Source: Polyangiaceae bacterium
GTDB lineage: Bacteria > Myxococcota_A > Polyangia > Polyangiales > Polyangiaceae
Direction: 5' to 3'
Length of the DNA: 64,000 bases
NCBI GenBank assembly: GCA_965222375.1
Contig: CBDCTZ010000008.1
Coordinates: 160,001-224,000 of the forward strand
Shown here: positions 27,690 to 38,758 of the stretch, in pieces
Numbering within the stretch: the stretch's first letter is position 1
How the letters are laid out: each line of letters opens with the position of its first letter
The notes under the pieces: generated by a model
Databases searched by the model: none
Told to the model about the DNA's origin: nothing
The model's input: only the letters and a program-made list of their open reading frames with translations
Position numbers and translations under genes: made by a program

Positions 27690-29657
27690 ATGCCTGCACC
27701 CTCTGCTCTGACCTTGGGCCGACGCAAGAAGCGCGTCGGCACCGCGGACGCCGCCCTGGCAGGGCTCGTCATCGCTGTCGTTGGCTTGATGATCGTGCCG
27801 CTGCCCACTTGGCTGCTCGATCTGCTGATCGCGTCCAACCTCGCGGTTTCGGTCACGGTGCTTCTGGTCACCCTCTACGTCAGCGATGCGCTACGCATCG
27901 CCGCGTTCCCCACACTGCTACTGCTCACGACCCTGGTGCGGCTTGCCCTCAACGTGTCCAGCACGCGCCTGATCTTGCTCCAGGCCGACGCCGGGGAAGT
28001 GATCAAGGCCTTCGGGCAGTTCGTAGTGCGGGGCAACTACGTCGTTGGCGGCGTCATCTTCCTGATCTTGACGATCATTCAATTCGTTGTGATCGCCAAA
28101 GGCAGTGAAAGGGTCGCGGAAGTGGGTGCGCGCTTCACCTTGGACGCCATGCCGGGCAAACAGATGGCCATCGACGCGGAGCTGCGCAGCGGCAGCATCG
28201 ACGGCGCCGAGGCGAAGCGCCGCCGCCGAGCACTCTCGCGGGAGAGTCAGTTCTACGGGGCGATGGATGGCGCCATGAAATTCGTGAAGGGTGACGTGAT
28301 CGCGTCGTTCCTGATCACGTTGATCAACATCGTCGGCGGCCTCGCCATCGGCATGGGGCAAAAGGACATGGAGCTGGTTGCGGCCCTGAAGCGCTACGGA
28401 CTGCTGACCATCGGTGACGGGCTAGTGAGCCAAATCCCCGCCCTAGTCGTCGCCACGGCCGCAGGCGTCCTGGTCACCCGGGTCGCGAGCGAAGAGCCTG
28501 ATACACCTCTGGGCCAAGAGCTTTCGGCCCAGATCTTTGGCGCGCCCCGTGCGCTCCGAGTAGCTAGCCTATTCGTAGTCATCCTCGCGCTGGTCCCGGG
28601 GCTGCCCGCCATGCCTTTCCTGGTGATCGGCGCTCTGCTCTTCATCGCTTCCCGCGCCCCGGCTCGGCCAATGCCCACTCGCCGGCCGGCGACGGGCCCC
28701 GAGCCGGTCCAATCTGGCGACGACGAGTCTGCGGAGGCTCGCTTCGTCCCGGTGGTCACCCCCTGGGATCTGTCGGTTAGCGAAGACCTGGCCCGCCTGA
28801 TTGACGACGACGTGCGCGGAGGAGATCTGCGCCGGGCCGGGATCCGCGCAGCCGGCGCGGCGATCCAAGAGCTGCTGTTTCGCGAACTCGGCGTGCCTTT
28901 GCCCGCCTGCAAAGTTCGCGTGGACCCGGAGCTGCCCGAGCGCTCGGTCGTGCTCTCGGTGCATGAGGTTCCAGCTCGGGTCATCGAGGTGCCCGCAGAC
29001 GTGGCGGACGGCGATATCCCAAGTGTGATTGTCGAGGGCGCATTGGCGGTGTTGCGGCCACGTGCCAGCGATTTCATCGGCATCGCTGAAACCCAGAACC
29101 TCCTAGATCAATTGGAGCTGGTCGCACCCGCCACCGTGCGGCAAGTCGTACCAAAACCCGTGGGCGTGCCCTTGCTCTCGGATGTACTGCGCCGCTTGGT
29201 TGAAGAACAAATCTGCGTGCGGGACATGAAAGGCATCTTGGAAGCACTGTCCCAAGTTGCCCAAGCCGACAAGGATCCCCTCAACTTGGCGGAGTTCGTG
29301 CGCTCCCAGATGCGCCGCACCCTCACCCACAACCTGACCTACGGCGAGGCCGAGCTCGACGTCGTCTTGCTGGAACCCGCGATCGAGGACGCCGTACGTG
29401 GATCCATCTCCCGCACCGCAGCGGGCAGCTTCTTGACGCTGGCCCCCGCGGCGGGCCGAGACATCGTGCGCTCGGTCCAACGCGCCTTGGCCGAGTCCGG
29501 CGCCCAGCCCATCATCTTGACCCAACCCGACGTCCGCCGCTTCATCCGCAAGCTGGTCGAGCTGGACCTGCCCGACGCCAAGGTCATCTCCTACGCAGAG
29601 CTACTGCCTGAGGTCCGAATCCAACCCGTCGCCAAGGCCACTCTCCGAGATCTCTAG
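27690..29657 (+). CDS. FHIPEP-family export gate protein (FlhA/SctV-like)
   Basis: FPTLLL..TLVRLALNVSSTRLIL, RVAEVGARFTLDAMPGKQMAIDA, FYGAMDGAMKFVKGD, TIGDGLVSQIP, ISYAEL. Confidence 0.93.
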   Translation: MPAPSALTLGRRKKRVGTADAALAGLVIAVVGLMIVPLPTWLLDLLIASNLAVSVTVLLVTLYVSDALRIAAFPTLLLLTTLVRLALNVSSTRLILLQADAGEVIKAFGQFVVRGNYVVGGVIFLILTIIQFVVIAKGSERVAEVGARFTLDAMPGKQMAIDAELRSGSIDGAEAKRRRRALSRESQFYGAMDGAMKFVKGDVIASFLITLINIVGGLAIGMGQKDMELVAALKRYGLLTIGDGLVSQIPALVVATAAGVLVTRVASEEPDTPLGQELSAQIFGAPRALRVASLFVVILALVPGLPAMPFLVIGALLFIASRAPARPMPTRRPATGPEPVQSGDDESAEARFVPVVTPWDLSVSEDLARLIDDDVRGGDLRRAGIRAAGAAIQELLFRELGVPLPACKVRVDPELPERSVVLSVHEVPARVIEVPADVADGDIPSVIVEGALAVLRPRASDFIGIAETQNLLDQLELVAPATVRQVVPKPVGVPLLSDVLRRLVEEQICVRDMKGILEALSQVAQADKDPLNLAEFVRSQMRRTLTHNLTYGEAELDVVLLEPAIEDAVRGSISRTAAGSFLTLAPAAGRDIVRSVQRALAESGAQPIILTQPDVRRFIRKLVELDLPDAKVISYAELLPEVRIQPVAKATLRDL

Positions 29658-30048
29658 GCCGGTCTTGGCTTGATTTGTTTGGGGTCGACCGATTCCTCCG
29701 CAACGACGACTTTCAACCGGAGGCATCTCCGCCGGGACGCCGGCGCCGCACTCATCAGTCGTGGAGTGAATGATGGTCCTGGTGGTGCCGCGTTCCGGGA
29801 GCGGCAGGCTGCCGCGACAGACGCGAACACGCGCACGCAAACTTTCTGCTCATGCTTGCGCTTTGTGCTTGACGGATTTCGGGACGTGCTGGTTGGTTTG
29901 CGACAACACGCCGTTCGAGTGCTTGCTGTGGCTGCCACGGCGGCACCTGATGTTGCTTTGGTTTCGGAACGACTTCGCTGCTGAACGCCTTGCCGAAACG
30001 ACCACGGCGTGCCGCCGGTGAGGCCAATATCCGTTTTACCAAAGAAAC

Positions 30049-30955
30049 ATGGATACTCTCGCTTTGCTCAGCAACCAACGACTCCTCGCGCAGCTGCCAG
30101 TGCTCTGCTCGAAAGAACGACGGGCGACGGCCGAAGCCATCGTCTACTTGGCGGAGGTCGAACGTAGAAAACTCTATCTGCGCGAGGCTTGCTCCTCGCT
30201 GTTTTCGTTCTGTGTCGAGCGGCTCGGCTACTCAGAGCAAGCTGCCCTGAAGCGCATGCGTGTGGCGCGCCTGTACTTGGCCCTGCCACAGGTCCTCGAA
30301 GAACTGAAGAGCGGGACCGTTCATTTAACCGGGCTCTTTCTGCTTTCGGGCTATCTGTCGGACGAAAACGTTGAGCCGCTATTCGTAGAGGCTCGCGGCA
30401 AGACCCGGCGCGAGCTCGAGCTGCTGATCGCGCGATGGTTTCCTAAAGCCGATGTCCTGCCGAGTGTCACCCCGCTCGGAGTGGACGCAACTCGTCCTGG
30501 GACTGAGGGATCCCCGCATTTCTATGCTGCCTCAGAGGCGCTGCGAATCGTTGCCTGGAGGTCTGCCACGCCGCTTCTGATCTGGTCCGGTTTCAACCAC
30601 GAGGCACGTCGGTCTCAGCCATGCGGTGGCGCCGGGGGATCTAGGAGAGCTATTCGAGCGCGCGTTGGACGAACTCATCGCTAGGGAAACCAAGCGACGC
30701 CAAGGCGTGGTGAGTGGCAAGCCTCGCAAGCGCCGCGCTCTCAATGAAGGATCTCGACACGTGCCGGTCGCGGTCGCTCGAGAGGTTTGGGATCGCGACG
30801 ACTACCAACGCACCTTCATTGACGCACACGGGCGGCGCTGCAGCGAAAAGCGCTATTCGACGCTGGAACATCGCGACCCCCATGCCCGCGGGGGTCCGCC
30901 CACGGGCGGGAACAACGTGTCGGGCGACCGAGGACGTGAGTTGCGCGTTCTTTGA
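30049..30955 (+). pseudogene. Degraded myxobacterial HNH endonuclease-family gene (frameshifted, HNH motif truncated)
   Basis: N-part YLAEVERRKLY...SSLFSFC in one frame; LSHAVAPGDL...RHVPVAVAREVWDRD...RRC...EHRDPHARGG in another frame from about 30614; the terminal N-L-x-x-L-C-x-x-H-N is absent. Confidence 0.7.
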
Positions 30956-31007
30956 CGGGTCGCCTACCCTCGGGCAGGACTAGCACGTCCGCTGCTATGT
31001 TTGGCAC

Positions 31008-31613
31008 GTGTGGCCGTTCCAGTTCCCAGGGCCTTGGCGCGCGCTGACGCGCCTCAAGCGACACACGTGGGTCGCCCAGCGGTGGTGTTGTCACCCCGCC
31101 GCCATGTTCGCGCTATCCATGGTGTTCGGCCTCGCGGCCTGCGGTCGCACCAAGCCCCATTCAGCAGCCTCGGCTGGGCTACCATTGACCACCCTCGAGC
31201 AATTGGATGCGACGCCTGAACGCTACACGGGGAAGAAAGTGCGGGTGCGCGGAAGAGCTTATGCCTCGATGCAGGAGTGCATCTTTTCGGGTACGGCGCG
31301 CTGCTGGCCACAGGCGGCAATGCTGGCATGGTTTCCAGATCCGAATTCGATGATGCCGGACGACACACTCGGCTACGTCGTTGAGCTCCGCGGCCGCGGC
31401 GACGAGCGCTTCGAGTGTTCCGGCAGCCGAAAGTGCAGTCCCCTGCAGTGGGACGGTTGCTACGAGGTCATCGGGCTCTTCAGGCAAACCAGTCGTCCAC
31501 GCATGGGCACCCGGCTGGAACTCGAAGTCGAATCCTACTCGGAGAGGCCCGATGGAACAGACGACTGCGGCTGGGACCACGCGACGTGGAACCCGCACCG
31601 TGCGTCGCGCTGA
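31008..31613 (+). CDS. Hypothetical Cys-rich lipoprotein with OB-fold-like segment
   Basis: Lipobox LAAC; PERYTGKKVRVRG; start at GTG 31008 or ATG 31104. Confidence 0.6.
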   Translation: MWPFQFPGPWRALTRLKRHTWVAQRWCCHPAAMFALSMVFGLAACGRTKPHSAASAGLPLTTLEQLDATPERYTGKKVRVRGRAYASMQECIFSGTARCWPQAAMLAWFPDPNSMMPDDTLGYVVELRGRGDERFECSGSRKCSPLQWDGCYEVIGLFRQTSRPRMGTRLELEVESYSERPDGTDDCGWDHATWNPHRASR

Positions 31614-31770
31614 GTCACTGAGGGTCGAGCAAGTTGCTGCGCGACCGCCCGTTGCCGCGCGCCCCGTTGAACGCCCTGAGCAAGTTACGGCGCCGCCCCA
31701 CCGTGGCCACGCTTGAGAGTAGTGGCCCAACGCCGCCCCATCGCCGCAACCCCAATCCAAACCCAAGACC

Positions 31771-32727
31771 CTAGTGGCGCTGGACGACCATTTTGCGGGG
31801 CATCTGGCCGCTCTGCTCGAGTAGCTTCTTGGCTTCTTTCTTGAGCAGGGGGTGGCCGCGCTTGCCGAGGAAACCGCCGAGCAGACGCGCGTCCTGCTCC
31901 AGCAACTTGCGAAGGGCCCGACGCATGCCTTTCGTATTGCTGGCGTAGGCGTAGGCGAAGGCATAAGCGCGCCAGAGCTGAGGCTTGAGGGAGACGTATT
32001 CGGCGTCCTCGGGATCGAAGACTTCGATGGTTTCTAGACCGCGCTTGGCTTGCCCGGTTCGCGCCCAAGCTTCGGCGATTACTGCAGCCATCATGGCGCG
32101 TGCCTTCGGCTCGTTATGACGTTTGAGATCGATACCGTCTGCCAGTCGCCGGGCCGGATCCACCTCGCCCAGCATTAGGTGGATCATGCCACGCTGGGCC
32201 CGCGCTTCGTCGGCAACCGGCGCCATGACTTTGCCCAGATCGATTTGCTCCAGGGTTTCCAGGGCCTTCTTGGGCTCGTCCTGCAATTCCAACTGCGCTT
32301 TGGCAAAGATCGCGGCTGGGTCCTTTTTCTTGTAGTTCTTGCCCAGCGCTTCCAGGGCCGCTTTGCGATCCTCGGCAGACTCCACTCCGCTGAGTAGGTC
32401 GGCAACGCCTCGGGCCTTCTTGGCCTGGCGCATCGCCCAGATCACGATCCCCGCGAGCACGACCGTCACCACTGCGGGCACGACAAGAGCAACTGTCTTG
32501 GCGGTGCTGCCCTGGCTCACGCCGGCAATGAGTCCACCGAGGAGCCAAGCGCCAACGAGGGGAATGGCCAGTCGAGTCAGCAACTTCTTCAGGGCGTCCC
32601 GACCCAGGGGATCCGGAACGTCCTTCGGCTTGACGACCAAGGGCGCAGCGAGCTGCTTCTTCTTCGCTTTGCCGCTGGTCTCTCGGCTCTGCGCCGAACG
32701 TTTGAGTTTTCGGGCTTCTTTCGCCAC
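31771..32727 (-). CDS. Two-TM membrane protein with TPR-like helical domain
   Basis: Two hydrophobic helices followed by Ala-rich helical repeats. Confidence 0.7.
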   Translation of the reverse strand: MAKEARKLKRSAQSRETSGKAKKKQLAAPLVVKPKDVPDPLGRDALKKLLTRLAIPLVGAWLLGGLIAGVSQGSTAKTVALVVPAVVTVVLAGIVIWAMRQAKKARGVADLLSGVESAEDRKAALEALGKNYKKKDPAAIFAKAQLELQDEPKKALETLEQIDLGKVMAPVADEARAQRGMIHLMLGEVDPARRLADGIDLKRHNEPKARAMMAAVIAEAWARTGQAKRGLETIEVFDPEDAEYVSLKPQLWRAYAFAYAYASNTKGMRRALRKLLEQDARLLGGFLGKRGHPLLKKEAKKLLEQSGQMPRKMVVQRH

Positions 32728-32774
32728 GGCGGGGCTATATCACATCCCGCGGAGCATCCCCATGCGCCTCGGGG

Positions 32775-34064
32775 TCAGGCCTTGCTCTTCGCCTGCACAG
32801 GCGGCGGCGGCAGACTGTCGGGGCCGGACTCGGGCATCAGCTCGAAGCGAAAGTGCTGGAACAGGCTCTGGGACAGGGACAGAACGGGAACCGCGAGCAA
32901 TGCGCCCCACAGCCCGAAGAAGTGCTCTCCGATGATCAGGGCAAAGACCACCAATACCGGGTGGATCTTGGCCGCGACACCGATGATCTTCGGGTTGAGC
33001 AAGTTCGCCTCCACCTGGTGAATCCCGATGATCCAAAGCAGCACCCACAATGCGGTCCAGAAGTCCTGGGTCAAGCCGATCATCACAGCGGGAATGGTGG
33101 AGAGAATCGACCCGAAGATCGGAATGATGCTCATCACTCCGGCCACGATGGCCAGGATGGGCCAGTACTTGAGCCCAAACATCCAGAAGCCGACGGCCGA
33201 CAACCCGCCGTTGACCAAACAGATCAACAGCTGCCCGCGCACAACGCCGGCCAAGCCGCGATCGATGCGAAACATCAGCCGGTCGAAGCTGGATTGGGAT
33301 TCTTTCGGCGGAAGCGAGCGGAAGAACTCGAAGATGCTCTCGCGGGTGTGCATCAAGTAGGCCGCCACCATGAGCGTGAGAAAGAACAAAAAGACGCCGC
33401 GCGCGACTCGACTGACGATCGCCTGCCCGACCTTGATCAACTCCAAGGCGTTGCGCTTCACATAGCTGACGAAGCCAGCCATGCTCTCGTCCGCCAGCTC
33501 CGCAACGCTGAATTTGGGGCTTTCTTCAGGCTTTGGAACGATGCGCCAGCGCTTCGGGCCATCTTGGACCACATCGACACCGGAGCGAAGCTCGATGGAG
33601 TACGTGTCGTTGTCCTTCTTGATGACTTCGAAGGCGGGAGCCTTTTCCGCTGCGGGTTTTTCCTCCGGATCTGCCCGGTTGATCAATCCTCGGATCCAAG
33701 TCTCGACCCGCGGCGCCCACTTCTTGTTCAAGCCCGTGGCAAGGGCCGGCGCGTCCCGGGCAAGCTTGGCGGTTTCGTCGTACAGCCGCGGCGCAATCGC
33801 AGCGCCGGATAGATAGATGGTGCCCAGGGTCGCCACGTAGACGATCACGATCGAGAGGGAGCGTGGAATACGTGCGCGCTCGCACCGCGCCACCAAGGGT
33901 GTCAGCACGTAGGCGATGATCAGGGCGAGTACGAAGGGCAGCAGGATCTCACGCACTGCCGCCAGCAGCACCACGACCAGGGCGCCGGAAACCAACAGAA
34001 ACCAAAGGCGCCGACGGTTCCAACCGCCGCTGGGATGCTCGTCGATAATGACCGGCTCCGCCAA
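32775..34064 (-). CDS. AI-2E family transporter
   Basis: PFVLALIIAYVLTP, VRGQL, IPIFG, QVEANLLNPKI, IHPV; TTG 34064 with GGAGGAG RBS. Confidence 0.9.
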   Translation of the reverse strand: MAEPVIIDEHPSGGWNRRRLWFLLVSGALVVVLLAAVREILLPFVLALIIAYVLTPLVARCERARIPRSLSIVIVYVATLGTIYLSGAAIAPRLYDETAKLARDAPALATGLNKKWAPRVETWIRGLINRADPEEKPAAEKAPAFEVIKKDNDTYSIELRSGVDVVQDGPKRWRIVPKPEESPKFSVAELADESMAGFVSYVKRNALELIKVGQAIVSRVARGVFLFFLTLMVAAYLMHTRESIFEFFRSLPPKESQSSFDRLMFRIDRGLAGVVRGQLLICLVNGGLSAVGFWMFGLKYWPILAIVAGVMSIIPIFGSILSTIPAVMIGLTQDFWTALWVLLWIIGIHQVEANLLNPKIIGVAAKIHPVLVVFALIIGEHFFGLWGALLAVPVLSLSQSLFQHFRFELMPESGPDSLPPPPVQAKSKA

Positions 34065-34152
34065 GGTACTCCTCCGCTGACCCGCCCCTGGTCGGGCGCT
34101 GGCCGCGGCGCCGAAGCTACACCCAAATGGCGCGCCTTGACACCGGCGTCGC

Positions 34153-34188
34153 AAACGAAAACGGCCCGGCGAGTCTGTCGCCGGGCCG
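34153..34188 (-). terminator. Intrinsic terminator downstream of rpsA
   Basis: CGGCCCGGCGA-cagac-TCGCCGGGCCG then TTTTCGTTT. Confidence 0.85.
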
Positions 34189-34225
34189 AGATCGGGCCGC
34201 CAGGCTGGCGAACCCTAGGCCTACC

Positions 34226-36040
<1,815 letters not shown>

Positions 36041-36142
36041 TGAGAAAGCGATGCCTCCGTGCCCGTCGTGGCGTCATGGGGGGTGAAAGGACCTGGGGCC
36101 GCAACACGCCAGGACCGGTCCCGAGCCAGGACAGGGGCGCGT

Positions 36143-36171
36143 GAGGTAGCGCACAGCCTGAGGTGAGTCAA
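36143..36171 (-). promoter_or_regulatory. Candidate internal promoter for rpsA
   Basis: TTGACT-N17-TACCTC. Confidence 0.45.
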
Positions 36172-36200
36172 ATGCGAAAATCCAGGTGTCCCACGCCTAC

Positions 36201-37115
36201 TTACGGCCCTTTGGCTCGGCTTGGGTCCACGCTGGCCACCCCGAGGCGGAGTTTCAGCCAGCCTGCAAGATGTGCGGCGGCTCGGTCCAACCCATCACGG
36301 TCGAAATTGGCCTTCAGAACTCCTGCCTTCTGCTCAATCTTGCCGGCTCCCAGGTGTTCCAAATCGGCGCTCAAGGCCGTCATCGCAGCGGAGTCTGCTG
36401 CCATGGCCGGGGCTAGAGCAATTTTCGCGTCGACTCCAGTGCCCACGGCAGTAGCGGAAGCCTGGGCGAAATCCGTTGCCGGCGAGAACACCAGACCGCT
36501 TTGTTTCAGCAGCTTCACGCCACCGGGCGAGAGCCTGATCTCCAAGTCACCCCGTGAGGGCGGCGCCAGCCCGACGGGCAGGGCGCGCTCTAGGCGCCCT
36601 CGGGAACTGGCCAGCACCACGCAGCCGTCTTCTGCCTGACTCAGGAAGAAGCCGGCAGGATCCGACCAGACCCCGGCGTCGAGGCGCCCGCGGCGTCCCT
36701 CCTGCTGCAGTAGTTTCGCCACGCTGCCGACCCAATCGGCGCGAGGAAACATGCCGCCGAACACGACGACCCAATCCTTGGGGCCAGGGCCGAGAGCCAC
36801 TACGACTTCGCGCAGGTCCACGTTGAATTTGAGCTTGGTTTGCTTTTCGAGGCGTTGTCGTCGCAAGGCCATTCCATCAGGCGCGGCGACGCTATCCACG
36901 AGCGGCATCAGGTGCGTGCGAGCGGGAGCAAATAGACCGACACGCTCTACGCTCAGGCGTGCCGTCACGCTGGCATCCGAAGGGGCATGGCGGGCAGCCT
37001 TTGGCACGTACTGCAACTTGCCAAAGTAGAGTAAGCCGCCGGCCGCCAGGGCGGCCAAGACCAGGCCGAAAAAGACGACGAAAACCGATTTGTGGGACAC
37101 CGCGCGACGAGTCAT
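36201..37115 (-). CDS. Hypothetical membrane-anchored protein (paralog C of a local trio)
   Basis: N-terminal TM; ATGA overlap with upstream gene; shares motifs with 37112 and 40092 proteins. Confidence 0.75.
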   Translation of the reverse strand: MTRRAVSHKSVFVVFFGLVLAALAAGGLLYFGKLQYVPKAARHAPSDASVTARLSVERVGLFAPARTHLMPLVDSVAAPDGMALRRQRLEKQTKLKFNVDLREVVVALGPGPKDWVVVFGGMFPRADWVGSVAKLLQQEGRRGRLDAGVWSDPAGFFLSQAEDGCVVLASSRGRLERALPVGLAPPSRGDLEIRLSPGGVKLLKQSGLVFSPATDFAQASATAVGTGVDAKIALAPAMAADSAAMTALSADLEHLGAGKIEQKAGVLKANFDRDGLDRAAAHLAGWLKLRLGVASVDPSRAKGP

Positions 37116-38047
37116 CGGTCTTGCTTCACTCTCGTTTCCATCAACTCGGATAGTTTTTCAACCGGCATGCGCAGGTCCACTACGACTTGTTTTCCGACCG
37201 CCTTGATATTCAGTCCAGGACCAGCCGGCACGTATCCGGGAGCCAGCTGCCGCATCGCCTCGACCAAGTCCCTCAGCGCGTCGGCCAGCAGCGTGGCGCG
37301 TTCCGAGTCCGACAATTTCAAGTTCACCTGCGCTGTGAAAGTCGACGCGTCCAAATCCGCGTGACCTTGGATCTCACGGGTAGCCAGGAGCAAACCGGAT
37401 AGCCTGGTACTGCGATCTTCGACCCAGCTGGCCAGGGCCGGCCCCCGAGCGGCAACCGACAAGAGCCCCTTCGCTGGGGGCTCTAGATGCTCGTCGAAGT
37501 TGCCCTCTTCGAGGCGTCGCTCAACGCTATCCAGGGCGGCCTCGCTGACCAGAACTACAGTGTCTGTGCCTGCGACGTACACCCGAGCGGGTTGGCCACG
37601 CTCCGGCGACTGGCGATCGAAGCGCCTCAGATCCCGACCCAGGTCTCGGCCGCCGCCGAACTTCGGCGACAGCGCATAGCTCCGCGGGTCAAAGCTCTTC
37701 ATGCGCCCGCGAAACACGAACACGTGATCGAGCAGACGCGCCTCCCGCGCCGGGCGCAGCGCGATCAACACGACATCGCTCTGCAGGAGAAGGTCACCGA
37801 CCATGCGCTCTTGCTCGGGCTGGCGGCCGACGCGTTCGGCCGCCCGCTGCCGCAGTCGGAGCAGCGCGCTCTTGCCGAGGGAGCGCCGAACTTTGGACAA
37901 GTCCAATCGGAATGCCACGTCCAACTCGGACGGCAAGGCCATCTCGGGCCGCGTCAGCGCCGGCGGTCCTGGCGGCGGTGGTGGGACTTTCGGAGCGCTG
38001 CAGCCCAAGGCTGCAACCGCGGCTCCCATGAAGGTCCGTCGCTGCAC
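37112..38047 (-). CDS. Hypothetical twin-arginine lipoprotein (paralog B)
   Basis: MQRRTFMGAAVAALGC; starts 6 nt after the cmk stop. Confidence 0.75.
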   Translation of the reverse strand: MQRRTFMGAAVAALGCSAPKVPPPPPGPPALTRPEMALPSELDVAFRLDLSKVRRSLGKSALLRLRQRAAERVGRQPEQERMVGDLLLQSDVVLIALRPAREARLLDHVFVFRGRMKSFDPRSYALSPKFGGGRDLGRDLRRFDRQSPERGQPARVYVAGTDTVVLVSEAALDSVERRLEEGNFDEHLEPPAKGLLSVAARGPALASWVEDRSTRLSGLLLATREIQGHADLDASTFTAQVNLKLSDSERATLLADALRDLVEAMRQLAPGYVPAGPGLNIKAVGKQVVVDLRMPVEKLSELMETRVKQDR

Positions 38048-38053
38048 TTGGTC

Positions 38054-38758
38054 CTACTGCCGGCTGGCCCCAAGACCCGCTTCGACGGCACGCACGCGCT
38101 CGACGATGAAGTCCACGACCTCATCGACGCTACGCGCGGAGCTGTCGACCAACACGGCGTCTTCAGCCTGTTTCAACGGGGCGACTGGGCGATTTGTGTC
38201 CCGAGTGTCTCGCTCGATGACCTGTGCTCGCACTTCTTCCAAACTCATCGACTGGCCCTTGGCCACGAGTTCCTGGTGACGGCGCTGCGCGCGGATTTCT
38301 ACGCTCGCGGTCAGATAGAATTTCGCTTCCGCGTCCGGGAAAACCACGGTTCCGATGTCCCGGCCCTCCAAGACCACGCCTCCAGCCCGCCCCAGCCCTC
38401 GCTGCATGTTCAAAAGCGCATCTCGAACCTCGGGGATGGCGCTGACCTTGCTGGCCCCCTCCGCGATGCTCTGAGTGCGGATCCCTTGAGAGATGTCTTC
38501 GTCACCCAGGCGCAGGGCGGCGCTGTCCGCGTCGAAGCGAATGGCGTCCGTGTCCGCGAGCCGCTGCGCCACCTTGGCCACGGCGGGTGCGTCATCCCAG
38601 CTGGCGCCGTCACGCTCAGCTGCCAACGCGACGGCTCGGTACAGGGCGCCCGTGTCCACCAAGGTGAATCCCAAGGCCTCGGCAACTCGACGAGTCACCG
38701 TCGTCTTCCCGGCTCCGGCGGGGCCATCGATGGCAACCACAGGTCGGGTTCGGGTCAC
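38054..38758 (-). CDS. cmk: Cytidylate kinase
   Basis: IDGPAGAGKTT, DTGALYR, EGRDIGTVVFPDA, RDTRDTNR. Confidence 0.97.
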   Translation of the reverse strand: MTRTRPVVAIDGPAGAGKTTVTRRVAEALGFTLVDTGALYRAVALAAERDGASWDDAPAVAKVAQRLADTDAIRFDADSAALRLGDEDISQGIRTQSIAEGASKVSAIPEVRDALLNMQRGLGRAGGVVLEGRDIGTVVFPDAEAKFYLTASVEIRAQRRHQELVAKGQSMSLEEVRAQVIERDTRDTNRPVAPLKQAEDAVLVDSSARSVDEVVDFIVERVRAVEAGLGASRQ

